64,000 nt of DNA, taken from Octopus vulgaris. Lineage: Eukaryota. The translations under genes were made by a program, and so were the position numbers. Each line of letters starts with the position of its first letter. Positions within the stretch are counted from its first letter, which is position 1. The stretch lies in the NCBI GenBank assembly GCA_951406725.2, contig OX597840.1, positions 12,338,001 to 12,402,000 of the forward strand, read 5' to 3'. The notes beneath the pieces were generated by a model that saw only the letters and a program-made list of their open reading frames with translations, searched no databases and had not been told where the DNA came from. Below, one piece after another: positions 52,501-64,000 of this stretch.

Positions 52501-54672
52501 TTAAGTGAAGCTGGTACAACATTGTTTAAACTGCGCAAAGAAGTTCATCATGGCTGCATCATTAGACTGAAGAAAAGTGTTGATATTGTTACTGTCATTT
52601 TGCTGAGAGAGATGGACATCGAACACTGACATTCCGAATCTCATCATTAATGCCTCTTCGTAGAGTCGTATTGCCATAATGGCATCAGGCACAGTAGCTT
52701 TTTGACGGAGACTCAGTTTAGCAAAACTCTGAGTAATCTGAGCAAGAACTTGCAAAGCTGACACTGGAACCAGGGAAGAATCCATGGAAATGCTCCGGGC
52801 TCTTCGAGAAGCGATATAGTAAGTCTTCAAAATGTGTTTACTTTCGTCAGTCAGACTGACTTCTCGTGCTCGTAAATTGGTTAAAAGCTGCAGGAGATCA
52901 GAATCTAAAATAGATGCAGTGTCATCTTCATCAAAATAACTTTCAAAAATGTGGTTCATGACCTTATAATCCTCGTGAGGACTGGTGAAAACAATAAAGT
53001 TAAAAGCGTCCATCAGATAACCTAATCTACTTACAAAATTGTTCTTTGATAAAAGATCATCACCTTTTTCAGCAATTTTACAGTTTGTTGAGTCAAAAGC
53101 CCAGATTCTACATTCTAATGGGTATTCAATGAGGTGTGGGAGGCCTTCCGTAAACTTTGATCCCACTCCAAGTTTAATTTTCTTTTCAATCAAGATGGAT
53201 CTCAATCTTTCAGTTGTATTTTTCGTACATTGTGAAACATCTCCAAGATAACATACTCCATTTGATGCTAATAATAAAGACCCAGCTTCCACAAAATATG
53301 GTGCACTACAATATGTATCGGCAGTTACTTTGCCTTTTAGATAATTATTGGCAGTATGTCTGATGGCTCGGGGACAAAACCGAAGAGAGTAGAGCAAGAT
53401 TTTGGATATAATGTGGCTTTCTTCCCCAATTACAAGAAGATGTAAAGGATCAGTGTTCTCATTTCCACTGCATACGAGGTTTAAAAGAATGGCTAATTTT
53501 AACACCCAGAAACTTCCTGGAGGTACAATTTTATCAGCAAAGTAAAATGCTAGACTGGAAGCAAACCTCCATGGTGTTTCTGATGTATTTTGAAATATGT
53601 CCCAAAGACTGTTTGGTAAGCATTTAAAATGACCAGCAAAGAGGTCATAAGGAATGTTTGTAATGTTATTTGCCTCAATGGTAACTAATATTTCACTGTC
53701 TTGGTTATCACGCCTGACAATTCCAAAAAACTGATGTTCTTTTCCCAAACTAACTTTTTTGATTAAGTCTCCTCTGATGTAGACAAGAATGGCTTGATGC
53801 CGGAAACTTTTAGAGTTCATAAATACCCAGGAAGGAATGACTTCAGCAATAATCTTATCAGCTAAATATCGACATGGTTTTATTTCCTCTAAAATTGACC
53901 CACAATAAAAGCAGCAAAAATTGTTCCGAATTATCTGAGCTTCTGTGGCACCAGGAATATGCGTTCTTATGTATTCTTTACTGGAAGCTCCAGGACATTC
54001 AGTTATTGGACACGCATATATGGTGTGGTGGGTATACTTTGACAAAGCCGTCATTCCCATAACGACACCCTGCAAAGTTATCATTCTGTTTTTCGCAGGC
54101 ATTGCAAGAAGGTCACAGAATGTTCTTATGACGTAAACACCAGCAATATTTGGAATAGATATCAAGCGTATTACAACTGAAATTTGATTAAGTTTTATGT
54201 CTTCACTAAGAAGCTTAATAAGTGTAATATAATAATATAAAATCTCTTGAAACAGCAGCGTAGCTTCACGAGGAGAATTCAAAAGCAGATTTCCAAGAAA
54301 TGGATTTTCATTAAGAAATTCTATAGAATCAATTTCAACGTCGAACGAATAAAATGTACAATTTTCCATTTGCTCATATTCCTTGCAAACGTTCTTCACA
54401 GTATTTAGAATACCGTGATTGTCCATGTAACATAGGACAGCTGTTAGAAGATTAACTTTATTGGCCATATCGACTGCTCTGCACACTTGAAAACGTTCAC
54501 TTATTGAGAAAGAATATTGCTTGTTTTCAGGAATCAAAGCAATATCTATGATAATCGATATTAAATTGCTGAATTTGGAAGGTTGTGAGTGTGTTTCAGT
54601 GTCGGAGAGTAATTTCTCTAATGTCGACGTACAGAGCAGACGACACAACGTTCCAGACGTGTTACTGTACAT
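52501..54672 (-). CDS. MCMDC2: Minichromosome maintenance domain-containing protein 2 (meiotic MCM-family, ATPase-dead), single coding exon
   Basis: 723-aa ORF. From Met69 (ATG at 54468, 655 aa) it follows MCMDC2: AVLCYMDNHG, LGNLLLNSP, Zn finger CPITECPG...CFYC, FRHQAI, MCM box VEAGSLLLASNGVCYLGD with degenerate Walker A/B, YYIASRRAR, DAIMAIRLYEE. Confidence 0.93.
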   Translation of the reverse strand: MYSNTSGTLCRLLCTSTLEKLLSDTETHSQPSKFSNLISIIIDIALIPENKQYSFSISERFQVCRAVDMANKVNLLTAVLCYMDNHGILNTVKNVCKEYEQMENCTFYSFDVEIDSIEFLNENPFLGNLLLNSPREATLLFQEILYYYITLIKLLSEDIKLNQISVVIRLISIPNIAGVYVIRTFCDLLAMPAKNRMITLQGVVMGMTALSKYTHHTIYACPITECPGASSKEYIRTHIPGATEAQIIRNNFCCFYCGSILEEIKPCRYLADKIIAEVIPSWVFMNSKSFRHQAILVYIRGDLIKKVSLGKEHQFFGIVRRDNQDSEILVTIEANNITNIPYDLFAGHFKCLPNSLWDIFQNTSETPWRFASSLAFYFADKIVPPGSFWVLKLAILLNLVCSGNENTDPLHLLVIGEESHIISKILLYSLRFCPRAIRHTANNYLKGKVTADTYCSAPYFVEAGSLLLASNGVCYLGDVSQCTKNTTERLRSILIEKKIKLGVGSKFTEGLPHLIEYPLECRIWAFDSTNCKIAEKGDDLLSKNNFVSRLGYLMDAFNFIVFTSPHEDYKVMNHIFESYFDEDDTASILDSDLLQLLTNLRAREVSLTDESKHILKTYYIASRRARSISMDSSLVPVSALQVLAQITQSFAKLSLRQKATVPDAIMAIRLYEEALMMRFGMSVFDVHLSQQNDSNNINTFLQSNDAAMMNFFAQFKQCCTSFT

Positions 54673-55245
54673 TTCATTAATAAAATTTAGATAAAAAGAT
54701 TAATTAAATTTAATATAATTAGTTTGTACAAATTACCAAGTTAATTTTGAAACAATTTATGAAATATAAAAAGAAAATCATAATTATTATCTTTGTAATT
54801 TTGTTTTTCGTTTCGTTTAACTCCGTTAAATAGTCGTGAAATTCGAAAACTAATTTTTGAAAAATTAACATTTTATTCGAACTTTAAGAGTAGATTGTAA
54901 TTAAAATATATTTTAATAAATCACCTTCAGCGAAAAAAAGAAAAAGAAACGTTCAAATGAACTGAAGCAATTTCTGAATGATATCTTTATCATTAATTAT
55001 TGCAAATAAAAACAAGTCTTCCGTTTTCAATCTCCACTTGAATGTATGCATCGCAGTTCCATAAATATTTTCCCAACAGACTGCGAGCTATAGTTATATT
55101 CATATTATTTATATCGGCACTATTGTATAACATGGGTCCCACAGGGAGCCGCAATGAAGTCGCTCTGTTTGCTAGAAGTAGCAACCAAATCTCCCTCCAT
55201 ATTACAGGTTTTAAAATTAAAGGACACACGCACATGCATGCACGA

Positions 55246-55288
<43 letters not shown>

Positions 55289-55297
55289 CACACACAC

Positions 55298-55368
<71 letters not shown>

Positions 55369-55659
55369 AGGTAATTTTGTCTTAGATATCTCTCCATAAT
55401 AAAAAAGAGGATGGTCGTAGGTGGAATGCATCTGATTGTACATTTGCTCCATAATGGTTGACATGGAATTAAGAAAAAACAATCAAGGAACGACCTTATC
55501 ATTTGACTTGAGCTGGCAGAATCGTTAGAGCGTCGGAAGAAAATGTCCTGCGGTATTTCAGTTCTTCACATTCCAAGTTCAAAACCCACCGAGATCAACT
55601 TTGCTTTCATACATCCGGGCTCGATGAAACAACGCACCAGTTGAGCAATGGGTCAATAT

Positions 55660-56412
55660 ATATTTCTTTACTACCCACAAGGAGCTAAACACAGAGAGGA
55701 CAAACAAGGACAGACAAACGGATTAAGTTGATTATATTGACCCCAGTGCGTAACTGGTACTTAATTTATCGACCCCAAAAGGATGAAAGGCAAAGTCGAC
55801 CTCGGCAGAATTTGAACTCAGAACGTGGCGGCAGACGAAATACTGCTAAGCATTTCGCCTGGCGTGCGAACGTTTCTAATCGATTGAAATCATTCCTCTT
55901 AAAACAAAAGAAAAGAAATCTCTGGTTTTGAGCATGAATTAGAAACCATTACTTAGGACGGGGCCGGACTAAGAAAAGTTAGCGGGTCGGACAAAATGTT
56001 TAGCAGCATTTCTTCCAACTCTTTATGTTGTGAGTTCAAATCCTGCCAAAGTTAACTTTGTCATTCACATTTTTTGAGGTTGATAAAATAGAGTACCACT
56101 TAAGTTCTAGGGTTGATCGTAACGACTAAATCTCTCTAACTGATGGCTTTGAAACAATTATTTTTATTGTATAAGGTAGCGAGTTGGCAGAATCGTTAGC
56201 ATGCCGGGCGAAATGCTTAGCGGTATTTCGTCTGCCGTTACGTTCTGAGTTCAAATTCCGCCGAGGTCGACTTTGTCTTTCATCTTTTCGGGTTCGATTA
56301 AATAAGTACCAGTTACGCACAGGCGTTGATATAATCGACTTAATCCGTTTGTTTGTTCTTGTTTGTCCCCTCTGTGTTTAGCCCCTGGTGGGTAGTAAAG
56401 AAATAGGTATTT
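55660..56412. mobile_element. Cluster of SINE family C copies (55660-55880 minus; 56173-56412 plus)
   Basis: tRNA-like head GAGCTGGCAGAATCGTTAGC...GAGTTCAAATTCC and central CTTTCATCCTTTCGGGGTCGAT..AAGTACC (Meta-domain-like). Confidence 0.75.
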
Positions 56413-56889
56413 CGTCGGCCGTTTCCAGAGATAAATTTTCCAGAGATACATGATTATCGAGATAAAGTTTGAAAAGCGAAAATACATCGTAATTTACAAC
56501 AACTGAAACGTATCTCTTCAAAATCTTATTAAAAAGTGTGTATTTCCGGGGGTGGGGGTGTGGCGGAAATGATCCTAAAAAAACCCCCCTGTCTTTTTCA
56601 ATAATCCTTCCTCGATATAATCACAATCTATCCAACTCAAACATTTCTGGAAAATTTCATCAAAAGATATTTACTTCAAAGAAAGCAATAGAAAAACAAA
56701 ATTGGCGGGTTGGGGCCCGCTTCTGTAGTTATGCCCTATAATCTTCGCAACCTCTGGTGAATGTAGGATGTACCTTTTATATGGTTACTTTCGTTTTGTA
56801 CAGGATATCATTGTTTATGTACAGATTCGGCAATTTTATCGAAAATCTTTTACCTTTTTGTTACTATACTTCTAATATATGTTTCAGTG

Positions 56890-57232
56890 AAGGCGCGTGG
56901 CTCAGTGGTTAGAACGTCAAGCTTACAATCGTGAGATTGTGAGCTCGAATCCCAGACCGGGCTGCGTGTTGTGTTCTTGAGCAAGACACTTTATTTCACA
57001 TTGCTCCAGTTCACTCAGCTGTAGAAATGAGTTGCGATGTCACAGGTGCCAAGCTGTATCGGCCCCTTTGCCTTTCCCTTGGATAACACTGGTGATGTGG
57101 AGAGGGGAGGCTGGTATGCATGGGCGACTGCTGGTCTTCCATAAAAACAACCTTGCCCAGACTTGTGCCTCAGAGGGTAACTCTCTAGGTACAAGCCCAT
57201 GATCAGTGTCTGACCGAAAGGGGTCACAACAA
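56890..57232 (+). mobile_element. tRNA-derived SINE family B
   Basis: A box TGGCTCAGTGGTTAG, B box GCTCGAATCCC, then CTTGAGCAAGACACTT. Confidence 0.8.
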
Positions 57233-57330
57233 CAATATATGTTTCAATTAAATTCTAAAAATAATTGTGAATGAAGACATGATTTACAAAATAACTATAA
57301 CTTTTTTGATATTTGTTGAAATATTTAAGC

Positions 57331-57626
57331 CAGAGCTTCTCAACCATTTTTTATCTATGGACCCCTTTGATTATGATTTTATTCTGGTGGACCCCTTTCA
57401 TCATTTTATATTTAAAAACTAGTTTTATCAAAATTCCTGCTTTGTTTTTCACTCATTAACCTGTGTAAGTTGAACGATGTAGAATGTTAGAGAAAGAAAC
57501 CTTGCTGTTTCATTTAAAGCAAGTTTTTTTCAGGGGCCCTTAAAATACTATTGTGGAACCCCCAATTTACAATTTTGTTGCATGGACCCCACTAAATTTT
57601 ATGTGGACCTTGGTTGAGAAGCATAG
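57331..57626. mobile_element. hAT (Charlie-like) MITE
   Basis: TIRs CAGAGCTTCTCAACC / GGTTGAGAAGCATAG and a perfect 8-bp TSD ATTTAAGC (57323-57330, 57627-57634). Confidence 0.85.
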
Positions 57627-57658
57627 ATTTAAGCCCTGTTTTGCATATAGCTTAAAAG

Positions 57659-57950
57659 GATAATCTTTCAGTATATGGTGTTTAAAAAATAAATAGAAAT
57701 TTAATTAGGTTCTCATACCTAAATAATGGTATGTGTGCATCAGGAACACTTTGTATATCCGACAAATAATGACATCCATACGCAAAAATGTGGAGAATAT
57801 ATGGATGCAGGTAAAGAGAAAATTATGACGGCAATTTGGAACGTCAGACAATTTATTCACTTCATATTTACACGAGTTTACATGGAGGAATTCTGTGCCA
57901 AAGAAAAAGACTTTGGTTCACTCTTGGTGGTTATTGCCAGTGTCTACATC
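57659..57950 (+). pseudogene. Merlin/IS1595-family (ISXO2-like) transposase remnant
   Basis: With one frameshift reads VCVHQEHFVYPTNNDIHTQ-VENIWMQVKRKL*RQFGTSDNLFTSYLHEFTWRN, matching the VNH..FV.P..HTQ.IE..W...YL.EF.WR signature. Confidence 0.75.
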
Positions 57951-57994
57951 AACAGTAAGTTGATTTATTTATATCCCCTTGTTATTATTTTTAT

Positions 57995-58408
57995 TTCTTT
58001 ATTGCCCACACAATGCTAAACATACAGGGGACAAACAAGGACAGACAAAGGAATTAAGTCGATTATATCGACCCCAGTGCATAACTGGTACTTATTTAAC
58101 CGCCCCCGAAAGGATGAAAGGCAAAGTTGACCTTGGCGAGATTTGAACTCAGAACGTAACGGCAGATGAAATACCTATTTCTTTACTACCCACAAGGGGC
58201 TAAACATAGAGAGGACAAACAAGGACAGACAAACGGATTAAGTCGATTATATCGACCCCAGAGCATAACTGGTACTTATTTAATCGACCCCGAAAGGATG
58301 AAAGGCAAAGTCGACCTTGGCGAGATTTGAACTCAGAACGTAACGGCAGACGAACTACTGCTAAGCATTTCGCCCGGTGTGCTAATGTTTCTGCCAGCTC
58401 GCCACCTT
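57995..58408 (-). mobile_element. SINE family C with tandemly duplicated 3' part
   Basis: 57995-58172 is repeated at 58173-58352. Confidence 0.8.
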
Positions 58409-58678
58409 CTCTTTGTTATTTCCCCTTTAATTTTCATTTGTAAAATAAAATTAAGTTTTTTTTCTCATTGCTTTTCCTTAATTTTTAAAAAAATAAAAAC
58501 ATTTTCGAGGCTCTATAACGTTTTCATTTTTGTATCCAGTGGTAAGCTGGAGTTTCTTTGACAGCATTTCCCTCTGTGATAGTAACAGAAGCTTCCAACT
58601 GTTAAAGTTACATAACTTTAAATGCTTGTAACTTAATTATTATTGGGCCGACGAAAGCCTTGGTAAGAAGCCTGTTGC

Positions 58679-58717
<39 letters not shown>

Positions 58718-58735
58718 GAATAGAAGGTCTGAAAA

Positions 58736-58780
58736 CCACCTGATGAATGTCCTTAAAGTGACAAGAAACAATTGTAGTGG
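58736..58780 (+). ncRNA. Minimal type I hammerhead ribozyme in a TA-flanked element (58712-58880)
   Basis: CCAC-CTGATGA-A-TGTC-CTTAAAGT-GACA-A-GAAA-C-AATT-GTA-GTGG. Confidence 0.8.
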
Positions 58781-58873
58781 ATAACTTAATTTTATTTAAT
58801 TTATATAAAATTTTTTATGTATTGGATTAAGTCTTTCTTTGTTTGATTTGCATAATAGTGGTTTTGTCTCTAA

Positions 58874-58920
<47 letters not shown>

Positions 58921-58922
<2 letters not shown>

Positions 58923-59577
58923 GGAGTAAACACATAAATGTGAAACAAGGTGGAAAAAAGAGTACTCAAACACCAGGGGTAGAGTAATATGCTTTATTTA
59001 AAAGCAGCAGAAAATTCAACAAAACCTGTTACTTTGAGTTTCACGTTCCCGTTCGTCGGACAGTTTTTGCTAGAATAGAACCGATATGTTAATTCTATCC
59101 AGACTAGTATAAACGCTACACCTTTAAAAATGGACTTGTTTGATTGGTCCTTTACAAAGCTTTGTATGTTGATGCATATATGTATAGTTTAATATGAATA
59201 TGTACTGTTGTGTAATATTTTAATGCATTTTAACATTTTATTTTCAATTTCCATGTATTAATTATATTTTCTTTATTAATGACATTATGTATTTTAACCA
59301 AAGATTTGATGTAAGGTTTTTTCCTCGAATTTTATAATTTTTATATATATATATATATATATTTTTTGAGCTCATTTTCGTTTATCGCTCGAAAATTTGA
59401 CCGTTATTTGTAAAGGACCAATCAAACAAGTCCATTTTTAAAGGTGTAGCGTTTATACTAGTCTGGATAGAATTGACATATCGGTTCTATTCTAGCAAAA
59501 ACTGTCCGACGAACGGGAACGTGAAACTCAGAGTAACAGGTTTTGGTGAATTTTCTGCTGCTTTAAATAAAGTATAT
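58921..59577. mobile_element. Foldback Penelope-like remnant, about 170-bp arms, hammerhead in each arm
   Basis: Arms about 58988-59157 and 59408-59577; motifs at 59026-59063 (minus) and 59502-59539 (plus). Confidence 0.85.
59502..59539 (+). ncRNA. Minimal hammerhead with CCGACGA core variant
   Basis: CTGT-CCGACGA-ACG-GGAA-CGT-GAAA-C-TCAGA-GTA-ACAG. Confidence 0.7.
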
Positions 59578-59640
59578 TTAAATAAAGAGAGAGAGAGAGA
59601 TCTATAATCTATATATACATATAGATATAGATATATATAT

Positions 59641-59671
<31 letters not shown>

Positions 59672-60915
59672 GTGTGTGTATGTGTGTGTGTGTGTGTGTG
59701 TGTCTTTGTGTCTGTGTTTGTTCCCAGTCACCGTTTGACAACCAGTGTTGGTTTGATTACATCCCTGTACTTTAGTGGTTTTCCTCAAGAGACCAATAGA
59801 ACAAGTACTAGGCTTAATTCCTGGGGATGATTTGTTCAACTAAAATCCTTTCAAGGCAGTGCCCCAACATGGCCACTGTCAAATGACTGAAACAAGTAAA
59901 AGAAGAACAATATGGTGAAAATTTGAAATACTTCAAGTGGTTAGAAGTAATTTAAAAAGATCTAAAAAGATTTTGCTGTTTATATATAGAGGGATACATT
60001 AAAAATCAGATTGACTCTTGCTTGCTTGCAATGTTACCCAGCCAAATTGGTACATAATGGGAAAATACTTTGACATAAGTCTCCCCTGAAAGGTAAATAT
60101 GAATGGAATGAAATAAATTTCACATAAATCAAATAAGTTGTTATGAAAATATTAAGGGTTTTCAGTGTTTCAAACTAATGCAGACCCCTAGTTAGTATAC
60201 ATTGTCAAGTATTGCCACTTTTTCCTCCTAAATGGTGTTGTTTTATCTGAAGAACTATTAATATGGCTTAGGAGTGGCTGTGTGTTAAGAAGTTTGTTCC
60301 CCAACCACATGGTTTTGGGTTCAGATCCACTGTGTGACACCTTGGGCAAGTGTCTTCTACTATAGCCACAGGCCAACCAAGGCTTTAAAGCTCCTTTCAA
60401 GTGTTGGGCCTCATGTCACGTAACTAGCACTGATGCTGGTAGCACTTAAAACGCACCTTTTGAATGTTGGGCCTCACAGAGGCAATGACAAATGACCAAG
60501 ACCTCTGACAATGTGCTGTGCTTGACAAGAAGACCCAAGAGGCCAAGTGAAATCGTAGTCATGACAGATACTGGTGTCATGCAATTGGCACCCATTACAC
60601 TCTCAGAGTGGTTGGCATTAGGAAGGGTGCCCAACCATAGAAACCACGTCAAATCAGATTGGAGTCTGGTGTAGTCCCTCAGTGTACCAACCCTGATCAA
60701 ACCGTCCAGCCCATGGACAACGTATATTAAATGATGATGATGCTGATGATGATATATATATATGATAGGCTCCTTTCAGTTTCCATATGTGTATGTATGT
60801 ATGTATGTATGTATGTATGTATGTATGTATGTATATATATATATATATACGTTTAAATATTTGTTGTGCAAGATTTTTTATTGGCTAAACTGGCAAAATG
60901 ACCATTCCGAAATAT

Positions 60916-61002
<87 letters not shown>

Positions 61003-61003
<1 letters not shown>

Positions 61004-61360
61004 GTGGCCGATGCCAGCGCCGCCTCGACTGGCTTCTGTGTCAGTGACACGTAAAAAGCACCATCCGAGCGTGGCCGATGCCAGCGCCGCCTTGACTGGC
61101 TTCCGTGCCGGTGGCACGTTAAAAGCACCAACCGATCGTGGCCGCTGCAAGACTCCCCTGGCACCTGTGCCGGTGGCACGTAAAAGCACCCACTACACTC
61201 GCGGAGTGGTTGGCATTAGGAAGGACATCCAGCTGTAGAAACACTGCCAGATCAGACTGGAGCCTGGTGCAGCCTCCTGGCTTCCCAGACCCCAGTTGAA
61301 CCGTCCAACCCGTGCCAGCATGGAAAGCGGACGCTAAACGATGATGATGATGATAATGAT
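61003..61360 (+). mobile_element. RTE-type LINE 3' UTR
   Basis: Same tail family, CpG-intact, ends in (GAT)n. Confidence 0.75.
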
Positions 61361-62069
61361 ATATACTAGATTGCCCATGGTCCGTTGGGTCAGAGGGAAA
61401 GTCTGAGATTCCCAGCAATGGAGTTTTGTTATTTCATATGCTTCAACAAATGTGACATCCAAATTACACATAAGCGGCACCTTTCCCAGAAAAAGGAAGA
61501 ATTTGGCTGCTATTTCTTGCACACCCTGCTGCCACATGACAAGTATTTTGGGTCCTTTATCACGAATAGCAGTTATGTGGTAACAGGGCATGCTAGAAAT
61601 AGCTGCCAAATCTTTGGAAGTGAGATATGTCGCATGCGCTTGAAAAAACCTATGGAAAAAATTATTTCACACTGTTACAAAAATACTTTAAAGAAAAAAT
61701 TTAAACAAAAATAGTTATTGTACAAACAACTTACATATTTGAAATCACATTCTTTTAAAAATATTTCTAAATGATTATTTACTGTAAAAAAAACAAATTG
61801 TATTTTTTTGTCGTCAAGTCACTGTCTATTTCCTTCAGGATTAAGTTAATTTCGGAGACTTTTCCCATTACGCCTAATTTTGGGTACTTATACCCTGGAA
61901 ACCCTTAATATCTTCATAACCACTTATCTGATTTATGTGAAATTTATTTAATTCCGTTCATATTTACCTTTCAGGAGAGACTTATGTCAAAGTATTTTCC
62001 CATTATGTGCCAATTTGGCTGGGTAACATTGCAAGCAAGCAAGCAAGAGTCAATCTGATTTTTAATGTA

Positions 62070-62428
62070 TCTCTCTACATATAAACGGTAAAATGTCTGT
62101 GTGTATGTCCTTTAAACAAATCCACAATTTTTCAGTTAGAGGGCTTGCACTTTCTATGGTCATTCAAAACTGTCCAAGGGTGGTTGTGCACATCTTTACA
62201 TTCCCCTAGTCACCCAGCAAAGCCATTAAAAAATCAATAGAAGTGACATTTTGTGAATTTTCTATCCAAAACCCAATCAAAATGCCTGAAACTTGATACG
62301 CCAATTGAATGCCAGCTAGCTGTATGTGATTGGTCGGAGATTTGGACAGTACTTGCGTGTTTGTGCGCACGCAGCTGCATATGCATGCACTAGCACTATG
62401 ACCCAGCAACACCGGGTCATAGTGCTAG
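62070..62428 (+). mobile_element. Non-autonomous Helitron
   Basis: A|TC...CTAG|T boundaries and subterminal hairpin CTATGACCC-AGCAACACC-GGGTCATAG. Confidence 0.8.
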
Positions 62429-62512
62429 TTATATATATATATATATATATATCAACAATTGAGGGTATAAGTTCAGTATGTGGCAAAGTAATTTATTTTA
62501 CTAAGCCCTAAT

Positions 62513-62560
<48 letters not shown>

Positions 62561-62689
62561 GTATATGTACACATGCATATTCTTTTACTTGTTTGAGTCA
62601 TTTGACTACGGCCAAGTTGGAGCACTACTTTAAAGGGTTTTTTAGTCAAAGAAACTTACCTTACCATTTATTCTTTGTAAGCCTGACAC

Positions 62690-62720
<31 letters not shown>

Positions 62721-62724
<4 letters not shown>

Positions 62725-63051
62725 TCTTTTACTCTTTTACTTGTTTCAGTCATTTGACTGCGGCCATGCTGGAGCACCGCCTTTAGTCGAGCAACTAGAC
62801 CCAAGGACTTATTCTTTGAAAGCCCAGTACTTATTCTATCGGTCTCTTTTGCTGAACCGCTAAGTGACGGGGATATAACACGCCAGCATCAGTTGTCAAG
62901 CAATGCTAGGGGGACAAACACACACATATATATATATACATATATACGACAGGCTTCTTTCAGTTTCCGTCTACCAAATCCACTCACAAGGCATTGGTCG
63001 GCCTGGGGCTACAGTAGAAGACACTTGCCCAAGGTGCCATGCAGTGGGACT
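62721..63051 (-). mobile_element. SINE family A, head truncated
   Basis: Cut by the small foldback element at 63052-63315. Confidence 0.8.
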
Positions 63052-63313
63052 AAAAGAAAACTAGAGAGTTTAAATATTAGCATTAATAATCCCTAATTAA
63101 ATATTAATAATCCCCACAATTGTTTTGATTCAAACTCAAAACAAAACAAAAATTACAAATTAGGTGTTTGAGATCCTTAAACAGACTGAATTAATCAATA
63201 TCAAAACAATTGTTGGGATTATTAATATTTATATAATGATAACGATAATATAATATTATGTTGATAAATAAACATATGTCAGTTTAAACTCTCCATTTTC
63301 ATTTTATTATTTT

Positions 63314-63345
<32 letters not shown>

Positions 63346-63348
<3 letters not shown>

Positions 63349-63754
63349 TCTTTACTCTTTTACTCTTTTACTTGTTTCAGTTATTTGACTGCAGCCATGC
63401 TGGAGCACCGCCTTTAGTCGAGCAAATCGACCCCGGGACTTATTCTTTGTAAGCCCAGTACTTATTCTATCGGTCTCTTTTGCCGAACCGCTAAGTGACG
63501 GGGATGTAAACACGCCAGCATCGGTTGTTAAGCAATATACACAGACACACAAACACACACACACATACATATATATATATACATATATACGACAGGCTTC
63601 TTTCAGTTTCTGTCTACCAAATCCACTCACAAAGTATTGGTCGGCCCGGGGCTATAGCAGAAGACACTTGCCCAAGATGCCACGCAGTGGGACTGAAACC
63701 GGAACCATGTGGTTGGTTAGCAAGCTACTTACCACACAGCCACTCCTGCGCCTA
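63346..63754 (-). mobile_element. SINE family A
   Basis: Complete. Confidence 0.85.
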
Positions 63755-63866
63755 TCCATTTGTATTGTAGAAAATTGTTTTTCTACTATATTGGGTCTTA
63801 AACCAGTGGAAATTGGATGTTTCCATCCCTATAAGAAGCATTTGTTTCTTTGTATTGAATTGTACA

Positions 63867-63899
<33 letters not shown>

Positions 63900-64000
63900 C
63901 ACACCCACCCACACGTACACACACATATATATATATATTTCTTTACTACCCACAAGGGGCTAAACACAGAGGGGACAAACAAGGACAGACAAAGGGATTA

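Noticed and set aside
56890-56962. tRNA gene
   Set aside because: A/B boxes run directly into a SINE body with further copies at 48.8-49.5 kb; no proper acceptor stem.
57726-58019. First coding exon of a gene divergent from MCMDC2
   Set aside because: Better explained as a frameshifted Merlin transposase remnant running into a SINE.

Overview
Repeat-saturated, AT- and microsatellite-rich animal DNA; the SINE, RTE-tail and microsatellite make-up points to an octopus (inference). Only one convincing protein gene is present: an intronless MCMDC2 (minus strand, 52501-54672; likely start 54468). Other recognisable sequence includes a decayed 28S rRNA fragment fused to a SINE head, about 25 copies of one tRNA-derived SINE plus two other SINE families, RTE and RLE-type LINE tails, decayed hAT, Merlin and Tc1/mariner transposase remnants, two Helitrons, several MITEs and a 92-bp G-rich minisatellite. 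The most notable signal is non-coding. At least eight unrelated small elements, often foldback and TA-flanked, each carry a minimal hammerhead-ribozyme motif of the Penelope-like type. One family has its three hammerhead strands in non-circularly permuted (pseudoknotted) order, with compensatory stem changes between its two copies. Almost all ORFs in the supplied track are microsatellite or SINE artefacts. All structures were read by eye, not computed.
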